DNA of 64,000 bases from Octopus vulgaris (Eukaryota), in contig OX597821.1 of assembly GCA_951406725.2 (NCBI GenBank), positions 2,852,001-2,916,000 of the forward strand. The letters are read 5' to 3'. Within the stretch, counting starts at the first letter, position 1. Every line of letters begins with the position of its first letter. A program made the position numbers and the translations under genes. Below the pieces are notes generated by a model, which saw only the letters and a program-made list of their open reading frames with translations, did not search any database and was not told the origin of the DNA. Shown one piece after another: positions 55,008 through 64,000 of this stretch.

Positions 55008-55888
55008 TATTGTGTCATCCCATAAATCATGCGGTTTTTTATACCTCTATTACTTTTCAATATTAAGACAATGTTCTTTAATCTAACATATACTCTCATT
55101 CATTTTCTACAATGTTCTCCCATCTATCGCGTACGCTTCCAAGGGCCTATTTTCAACATTCACTTGTCGATGAAGAAAAATATTCGTCCGGTACTGTTTT
55201 CCCGTCCAAATTACTCAGAAGACTGCAGAATAGATAATAATCAGATTGGGCAATGTCCAGCGAATTTGTGGGATGGAACATCGTTTCTTATTCAAACTGC
55301 TCCTGCCATTGGAATGCCATCATCAGAGTATGTGACCAAGCATTTCCCTGATGGAAGAACACCTTTCGTCTTGAAACAAAAGATGGTCGTTTTGCGATGG
55401 CGCTTAGGTGCCAATGAATGGTTGAATGACGAAATCCAAGCTTTTCAGCTAGTTCCTCAAGAGTTATGATGTGATTTTGTCCCATCAGGTTTTGCAGGAC
55501 GTCCTCGCCGAGCTCTACAGATCTTCCAGGTTAAGGCTCGTCTTCTAGACTGTAGTTTTTGGCTCGGAATTTCTGGGAACAGTTAACACTGTTTTCGGCT
55601 TCTTGCCCGATCCACATACACTGCATTAATATTCTTCGCAATGGTTGCCTTTATTGAACTCATAAATCAAAATATGCCGAATATGCTCCTTTGTTGCTTC
55701 CATTACAGCTTCAAAAAAAGACAACTGTTAAAATCGAACTGCACTCCTCAAAACATGCACTTAGAATAATCAGAAGTTAATATTACTAGCTGCTGTTATA
55801 GCAAGTTGATGCAGGTAGTTTATCCCGGCTACCTTCAATCTTTCTCATACAATTCAAAAATCTGCATTATTTATGGGATGACACAATA
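55008..55888 (-). mobile_element. Internally deleted mariner element
   Basis: TIRs tattgtgtcatcccataaat / atttatgggatgacacaata; TLEELAEKLG HTH, FFHQGNAWSH. Confidence 0.9.
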
Positions 55889-57440
55889 TAAGCGATTTAT
55901 ATTCAGTAGTATCGACTATACTCTTCAAATCATTACTTCTAGGTTGATGTCTAAATGAGGAATAATTATGTATTTTATATTACGTTCATATATGAAACCC
56001 GGTATGTCTACAAACTTGTTATGATGACTGAAGCTTTGATGACTGAATGTATGAGGAAGCATAGCTTTGTCGCTTATAAAACACATGACTTTTTGTTCGA
56101 TCACATAGTGTGATATTTGATGCAGCTAGACAGTACGATGAAAATTATTTAAATCTACTGTTTTTTTTCTAATTAGGCCTGTTCTTTATCTGACATAGTT
56201 GCTGGAAGTAATGGGATTTGGGGTACAATTCGAATTCTACTGGATTCCAGTACATGAGAATTGCGTGAAGGTTTCTGTAACTTATGAGGAAAGACATGGT
56301 GAAAATTTATAATCCTGATAATATGTCTAAATATGTAATATACTTTTGCAGTTAGCAAACGGCTTTGTCTTGTTAGTTGTTACATGTAGTTTTTATATGC
56401 CGTGTAAACTGTTTTAGGAACACTAATAGAAACACCGTTCCCATCAGAGAGCCCACCGTTCCCATCATGTAACAGACGTTCAGATTGGCTAGAAGTAAGC
56501 AATCAGTTATAGTCGAAATTCAAAACAGCAAAATTGATTGATCCGTAATACCACCCGCTATTCAGTTCAAAAGCCAAGACCACGTACTTAAGATAATAGG
56601 CAGAACAAATTAACCATTAACCACATACGTCTGCAAGGAAAAAAAAACGTTTCATTTATATATTTCATAGAAACATTCTATAGCATGTAAGTGGAAAAAT
56701 GTATATAAACTTAAATCTGTAACAGCAACTTTAATTATACTGTGTAATTAACGTCACGTATATGATTAGATTGCTTCTATAGCACTGACCTAGTGTATCA
56801 AAGAAGAAACCACCTCTGATTTGTTGTTTCTTTCTGTAAAGACAAGCAACTATATTTCACTGAAATTATCCCTTAACTTATGGAATTTAGGAAGATATTT
56901 AAAACAATGCCGTCACTCTAGATTCATAGTAATACACACTTAAACGACACTGATCAAACATTTTCTTCGTGTGAGAGGATCTGAGGCTACAAAGAATTTT
57001 CAGCAAAACTCGTCTTGACAGATATAGCACTCAAATGTCAATCAGTATGAATACATTTGTTATTGGGATTCTAGACAGCCACTTCTTAAGACAAACAAAC
57101 AAATAATAATAAAGAAAACACAAAAATAATATAGTGAAGGTCATGAAATAGTATATGCTTGTTCAAATCTGACCTAATACCAACGCCAACAACAATGCTG
57201 ATATGTTAACGTTTGATATCTGTCAATGAAACTACATAACTGGAAGGCGAAATACCTTACTTGCATCTCCGATAAAAGTGCAAGTCTTTAGATTTCATTG
57301 AAACGATTTCACTACATTTATGAATGAAACCTCCTCATCACATTGCCCGTTTTATATTTGCGTTTGTAAGCCTGTCTGTACAGACTGGTCAGGGATATTT
57401 CGATAGGATTGTCCATTAATTAGAAGATTAATCCTCACTG

Positions 57441-57716
57441 GTGAAGGCGCATGGCTCAGTGGTTAGAGTGTCGAGCTTACGATCGTGAGGTTGTGAATTC
57501 GAATTCTACATTGCTTCAGTTCACTAAGCTGTAGAAATAAGTTGCAACAAGCTGTATCGGCATTTGCTGTTCCTTTGGATAACACTGGTGGCATGGAGAG
57601 ATGAGGCCGGTATGCATGGGCGACTGCTGGTCTTCCATAAACAACCTTGCCCGGACTTGTGCCATGTGGGGTAACTTTCTAGGTGCAATCCCACGGTCAG
57701 TCATGACCGAAGGGGT
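57441..57716 (+). mobile_element. tRNA-derived SINE
   Basis: ggcgcatggctcagtggttagagtgtcgagcttacgatcgtgaggttgtgaattcgaattc tRNA-like head. Confidence 0.75.
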
Positions 57717-58619
57717 CTCATAATCCTGACTATTAGCGTCTGGATATCGTTTGGACAACAATCGCAAAGGGTTGAAACAATATATCTCCTGCTTCAGCAA
57801 TTCTGCTAATGGAATGTTCTGGATGAGAACTTTATTTATAGGATAATTATACCTCAGTGGTATTTGATCTCCGAGTGTAGAGATGTGGAACAAATATAGA
57901 AAGTACTTTTATCCGACGCTACAACCTCTTGACTAAAAAACCTAAAGGCGTCGCTTCAATATCGGGCCGAGAGTAACATTGTGCATTCGTATGTCTAGCA
58001 TCCCTGACAGGAAAAGAGTAAACATAGATATATGAGATTAAATGTTACAATTTAGATTAATCATAACTGAAAGTTGAACAAAGACAAGTAAGAAGCAGTT
58101 AAAAATCCTCATCGATCAACTGCATCAAGTGTTTCAAAAGATTTCATCATTGCTTTTCTGTATATGAGTATCAGTCTGTTTCGTGGGGGGGGGGATCCAA
58201 ACTTAACTGCGGCAGGCACGGCTGGATGTTGCTAATGAATATATGAAAAAAGAAACTCGCACTATTGAAAATGAAGTTGTGGGCGAGGGATAGTAAAATA
58301 TAATTTATGTATCATTATGAACAATACATCATAAACGTGGTAAAGATAATCATATAGTTGAGACAGTAACAGAGAGACAGAGACCGAATGTAATTCCTAC
58401 ACATTCAAATTGCAACTATATCTCTGTTGTATAGCTTACTATCCTCTTAAAGAAGGATGGCTCCTGATTGTGAGCATTACATCGTAATTTTACTAAACCG
58501 AAGCTGCTAAACAAAAACAAATTCAAACAGACTTAATATAAAAAGAAATGCCCATATCTATGCTTTTATATATATATGTGTGTGAGTGTGTGTGTGTGTG
58601 AGGTTGATATACATCAATA

Positions 58620-58680
<61 letters not shown>

Positions 58681-58729
58681 GATGGAGAGATTCTCCTAGC
58701 TTTCAAAAAATAGAGAGAAAACAAAACTA

Positions 58730-59340
58730 TAATGTTCCACGTTTTTAGGTGCTCGGATTACTGCTCCTAACTATGGTCACCATACAGTATAAAACTTATG
58801 CGGAAATCGAAGCAATCCAATGAAGCTACACAAAAAAATCGTCTCAATGCAGCATAGCAACTATTCAAAGAGGCTGATTGAGCTAAAACCCTACTCCCTA
58901 GGACGAAAGCCGGATAGCTTTACAATGATATACGCCTGGAAAATACTGGAAGGCTTTGTCAAAAACTTGGGGATCGAAAGTTGCACAAACAGCAGAAAGG
59001 GATGGCACTGCACAGTACCAAAGTTTCCAACATCATCATCAAAATACATAACCAGATACTGCAACAGTTTGGATTTCAAGAGAGCTGACAACACTTCAGA
59101 ATCTGTGAGAGACCTGCATGGGGTGGATGTGGGTGTCTTCATAACAAAACTTGATTTCCTTCCGTCGAAGTTTCCAGATGAGCCTACTTCACGGCACGAA
59201 ACACAGATCTGGGCGCCACCATCAGATTCCCTCATTCATCAAATGCAACATAACAGAGGTGGCTTGAAATTACGGTATAGCACAGCCAATGGTGATGCTT
59301 CAGGGTAACCGCAGTTTTAAACCTGAAAGTATTTAAAGAA
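58730..59340 (+). mobile_element. 3' end of CR1/L2-group LINE
   Basis: YCS.LWSP, RLIELKPYSL, IYAWKILEG, PDEP...SDSLIHQ. Confidence 0.8.
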
Positions 59341-59345
59341 TTTAA

Positions 59346-59629
59346 TTAAATTTGTGATAAAACCACTATTAGGCAAATCAAACAATGAAAAACATAAGCC
59401 AATACATAAAATTAATTAATTTATATTATTTTAAATATATATCAAAAGTATTAAAAGTTTAAATTAATTAATTTTATGTATTGGCTTATGTCTTTCATTG
59501 CTTGATTTGCCTAATAGTGGTTTTATCTCTAATTTAATATAATATAATATAATATATTTATACTATAAAATTGGATTTAATCTTAAATCTGATTTTTCCC
59601 TGTAAGTTTGGATTTATTCCCTAATATTT

Positions 59630-59632
<3 letters not shown>
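59346..59632 (+). mobile_element. Short fold-back member of the 21286 family
   Basis: Arms 59346-59423 / 59460-59537 and the same tail (atttttccctgtaagtttggattta) as 22818-22908, then (TA)n. Confidence 0.85.
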
Positions 59633-59687
<55 letters not shown>

Positions 59688-60714
59688 GTATGTATATGTG
59701 TGTGTGTGTGAATATATATTCATGCATATATATCGTTTTGGTGAACGAATATCTAATAATCTCACGAGAACAAGTGATATTTACATGTCTAGATTATCAA
59801 GTGTATCACACACTATAACGAAAGCGCATGCCGAATGTTTGCTGGAAGTACAAAGTTTTGAAATATATTGTCTGTGGTAACATACTTGTGTTACGATAGG
59901 AAAAAAAGTCCAAACAATTCGAATTGTAACGTATATTTAGTCCCTTGAGATTTAAAACACAAACACATACAAAAAAAACAAAACAAAAGGAAAACGACAA
60001 AAAATAGCCCTCTACATTAACACAAGATCATAGGGAGAGATTTTTGGTGGTGATGGCTGTGTTGTATGGGAATATCTATCGACTTTGAAGAACTTCTTTG
60101 TCAATACATCCTATAATTTAGCATACAACGAATATCAACAGTATAAAAGTTTACTATTCTTTAAAACCAGTGTGACATAACAAGAACGCTACCCAGGAGA
60201 CTTACGATTCTCTTTAATGCTTCTGTGTATGTGTATACATGCATGTAAGTAAGTGTCTCTGTGTACACAGACACACTCACACATACACGCGCAGATACGC
60301 ATTTATGTACATAGAAATTGCAAAACATTGTAGGCATATACGAATATAAAAAGGGCAGAAGTAAACGACAGGGAAAAAAACAAAAAAGAAAAGAAGAGAA
60401 AGTTCGCTTTTGGTGGAGACAAATAGCTTTTACTACGAGTAAACATCTAAAAAGATTTCTAATAACAGGATGTGTTTTGCGAATAAGAACAGCAAATATA
60501 CTTTGTATTCTAACGCATATCCATCTAACTATGCATGCGTATATACATACACACACATATGTATAAGCATGCTTACGTAAGTTTGCGTTTATATATATAT
60601 ATACACACATACATCACCATATATATATATATATATGCATGTAGGTATGCACAAATGCATATTTATGTGTCTGTGTAAATGGGTCAGTGGGCGTGTGTGA
60701 GTTGAGTATATATC

Positions 60715-61035
60715 ATGGTGTGAGGTTTAGAGGTAGTGTATTTGGTCCGTATCGTAGGGACGTGTGTTCTACACCCGACTGTACCGTGTACCTTTCAGCA
60801 ATGCATTCTATTTAACGTTGCTCGAGTACAGTCAGCTGGCAAAAAGTTGTAGTACCTGCATTTCAAAGCGCCATTTTTGTCACATTCTATGTTACCCTGA
60901 ATCCCCTTGATAAGCACGTGATGTTTACGTATGTCTTCGGAGTGGCCAGACACTTAAAAGGTAATTCCACGAGGCAGCTTTTCCGTTGCTCAGATCAACT
61001 GGGACTCTTATTTTTGCAACCGATGAACAGCCAAT
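60715..61035 (+). mobile_element. SINE family D, degenerate
   Basis: tatttaacgttgctcgagtacagtcagctggcaaaa...tgtcacattct...gatcaactgggactct. Confidence 0.6.
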
Positions 61036-61169
61036 TCATATATGTGCATGAATGAATGTATGAACGTATGTATGTATGTATGTATCTATATATATGCATA
61101 CATACATGTATACACACCTACATACATACATACATAGATACATACATATGTACATACATACATATATAC

Positions 61170-61229
<60 letters not shown>

Positions 61230-61230
<1 letters not shown>

Positions 61231-61512
61231 AGCGTCGCCCATTTCAAGCCCAGCCAGGCTCATGGGCCCGGTTTCCCGGTTTCTGTGGCATATGTGTTCC
61301 CCCAGCTGGACGGGTCACCAGTCCATCGCAGCTTTTCTAAAAAGAACAGGAAGTGAGAGTGAGAGAAAGTTGTGGTGAATTAGTACAACAGGGGTCGCCA
61401 CCACCCTCTGGCGGAGACGCGTAGAAGTTTTAGGTGTTTTCGCTCAATAAACACACAATGCCCGGTATGGGAATCGAAACCGCGATCCTCCGACCACTGG
61501 GCCATTGCGTCT
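61230..61512 (-). mobile_element. SINE family C
   Basis: Minus: gacgcaatggcccagtgg..gcggtttcgattccc..tttattgagcgaaaacaccta. Confidence 0.8.
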
Positions 61513-62194
61513 CTCTCTCTCTCTATATATATATATATACAAATAAAAAAATGGAGGAACAGATTCCTTTCAATCATCAAATACCGTTACTATAATGCGA
61601 ATCCATACAGTCAACTAAACATCAGTCTTTACACCTCCCTAATTAAGCTCGTTGAAAAAGTTAAGTTGTATAAAATACCGTAATAAAAACAAAATATTCT
61701 GTATCTGACCATATATTATCTTCTAGTTAAAGTTTATTATTGTGGATATTTTTTAGAGATCGATATACAATTTTAATGTTACTCAATTAAGCAACTATTC
61801 ATATTTTAATTCTGCATTAATACCTATCTATTCATTTATACATCCATTTACTGATATAAGAGGGTTATATAATATTAATCCAAGGTTATTCATTATCATA
61901 TCTATGTACCCCTATAAATAATAGGTAATTTACTTTTGATCAAAGGTAATACAATTATATCCTCTTAATTAAATAAATGTTAAATCAAAACCATTAATAT
62001 CGAGATGGACCACATAAGTATTTAAAACTAAACAAACAAATATTAAATCCACCCGTTTCCTATAAACGTGTATAAATACAAAAAATACCTTAATCCAATA
62101 TAGGCTGAGGTACACAGGAAATATATATATGCATATACGTATATACACTCATATACGTACATAAACATTCACATGCACACCTGCATACATACCT

Positions 62195-62409
62195 ATAGTT
62201 CCCAAATATATGTACTTAACCCTGTAGAATTAAACCTATTCCTATTCCTAAAGGTGTATCTATGATAATTAAGTATCTGTTTCAGACTATTTTTAGTAGC
62301 ACCCTACTATCGCATTGTGTACTCACAATACATTGGTAAACCACCTCTTTTCTCAAGCATTCATTATTGAACACACAGTTGTCTTTAATTCTACAATTGC
62401 AGCTATTAT
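62195..62409 (-). pseudogene. Disrupted GIY-YIG endonuclease of the PLE
   Basis: After the TAG: DNSCNCRIKDNCVFNNECLRKEVVYQCIV, then a deletion/frameshift, then H...F.N....NSTGLSTYIWEL*. Confidence 0.8.
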
Positions 62410-63110
62410 CTAATTGATAAACTTAACCTTATGATTCTCAGCATCAATATTATTATTGATAATGTTAACATCAATCTCACTAATTATTCCTATATTCAAC
62501 GGTGGTCTATATTTAACATTATTAATATTATTCAAATCGTTAGAGCTACTACTACTAATACCAGTATCATCAACCATGTTACTATTCGTCGTTACAGAAA
62601 TACCACTATTGTTACCTCCATTAGGGCTACCCACACTCGCACTATCAAAATTACTAAATCTCAAGCGGTAGTGGGGCACATTACTGCTAACCAAGTTCAT
62701 CTTTCTATCAAAATAGAAATGGTCTAATTTTCTATTATTAAAAGAGGATATTATGGTGGCCAAGTTATGAGTAAGGCCGTATCCTATTCTAATAGTTTTA
62801 TTATTAATTATGTTACAATATTTATTCTTTCCCTTCCCAAAATGCTTGTACAATAAACTATGGATAATTCCAACTATGTCAGTTTTAATTTGCATAGCAT
62901 ATGGAATTATTAGCCATAGTGCATCATTACCACTATATAGGTTACCTATTATATTTCTATTATTAACAAATATCCTATTCCCCTTATTTGCCCTACACTT
63001 TCTATGATTTATATTACCAAGATTATGACTAAAATCCTTGTCATAATTATTATTGTTACTATGGTGTAAATAAGTTTTTCTATTTCCGTAAATATTATTA
63101 ATATTATTAA

Positions 63111-63176
<66 letters not shown>

Positions 63177-63270
63177 CATTATTATTATTATCATTATTAT
63201 TATTATCATTATTATTATTATCATTCTTCTTCTTCTTCTTCTTCTTCTTCTTCTTCTTCTTCTTCTTCTT

Positions 63271-63301
<31 letters not shown>

Positions 63302-63999
63302 TTCTTCTTCTTCTTCTTATTATTATTATTGTTATTAATATTGATGTTATGTGCAAAGTCATTTAATATAAGATCATTAGCTCTATTTATACCGGTACTA
63401 GTATTATTACCATTCACAATATTATATTCCTTAATGTCCCTGACCCTAGAGTTGCCGTTAGCCCCACCCAACCCATTTATATTTGTAGTAGTTGATCTAC
63501 TTCTATCACTAAGGTTGTTACTAGGTATATACTTAATTTTACCAGTATAACCTGTCTTATGTAATGCAGAGTCGTATTTTTCACTATGTCTATTAAATAT
63601 ATCTACGTTCGAGGATAGATAAGAGATTCTTTTACTAATGCTAAGCAAAAGTGACCTTTTTACTTGAGTGGGGTGATTGCTAGAGTAGTTTATATAGACT
63701 GAATTAGAATTAGGTTTAACATAAGGTTCATGTATTCCATTAGTGAGATTGCAATTAACATCTAAATAATTGACAGAGTAATTTTCATTTTCAATAATTA
63801 TTGATAAGCCAAAACTCTTAAAAAATTTGCGCAGTCGTTTTTTCAGTATTTCTAGTTTTCTAATTGATGTATTCTTAACTAAAAACAAAGCGTCGTCTCT
63901 ATATAGGCCGCCCTTCAATTCAGGGAATTCGCTACTTAAATTATCTAGTAAATACATCCCTACTAAATCAGTCGCTTCCGCTGAATCCGGCGATCCCAT
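62410..63999 (-). CDS. Penelope-like element reverse transcriptase ORF (partial; continues past the window edge)
   Basis: MGSPDSAE..DLVG, GLYRDDAL, NYLDV, YVKPN...YINYSSNHP, YDSAL..TGY, IIPY, TIRIGY motifs. Confidence 0.92.
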
Positions 64000-64000
64000 A

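Noticed and set aside
61548-61630. HHR at the 3' end of the large PLE (minus: CTGATGT...GAAA-ggaa tctg ttcc-TC)
   Set aside because: Stem III is good but A9 is missing and stems I and II are unsupported; left uncalled
62410-62412. Recoded stop (selenocysteine) between RT and GIY-YIG
   Set aside because: The codon is TAG, not TGA, and the downstream domain has further lesions

Overview
AT-rich, microsatellite-saturated animal genomic DNA. The SINE and microsatellite repertoire looks like Octopus (coleoid cephalopod); this is inferred from recognition, not a database search. No host protein-coding exon can be called with confidence. Almost all long ORFs in the track are microsatellite read-throughs or transposon fragments. 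Recognisable content: tRNA-derived SINEs of at least four families; R4/Dong, L1/Tx1, RTE and CR1/L2-group LINE fragments; mariner, Tc1 and DD37D-like DNA transposons with MITEs; Penelope-like elements (PLEs), including a 529-aa RT ORF with a GIY-YIG remnant; and a 28S rRNA fragment with an internal inversion inside a mariner relic. The most striking signal is a set of at least eight short non-coding element families, mostly embedded in (TA)n tracts, each carrying a minimal type-I hammerhead ribozyme (HHR) fold. Several are fold-backs (inverted arm + direct arm + 70-100 nt tail). Some show non-canonical cores (G3:C8, U3:A8, A6U). They look like non-autonomous, (TA)n-targeted PLE derivatives. 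Boundaries of degenerate repeats are approximate (tens of bp).
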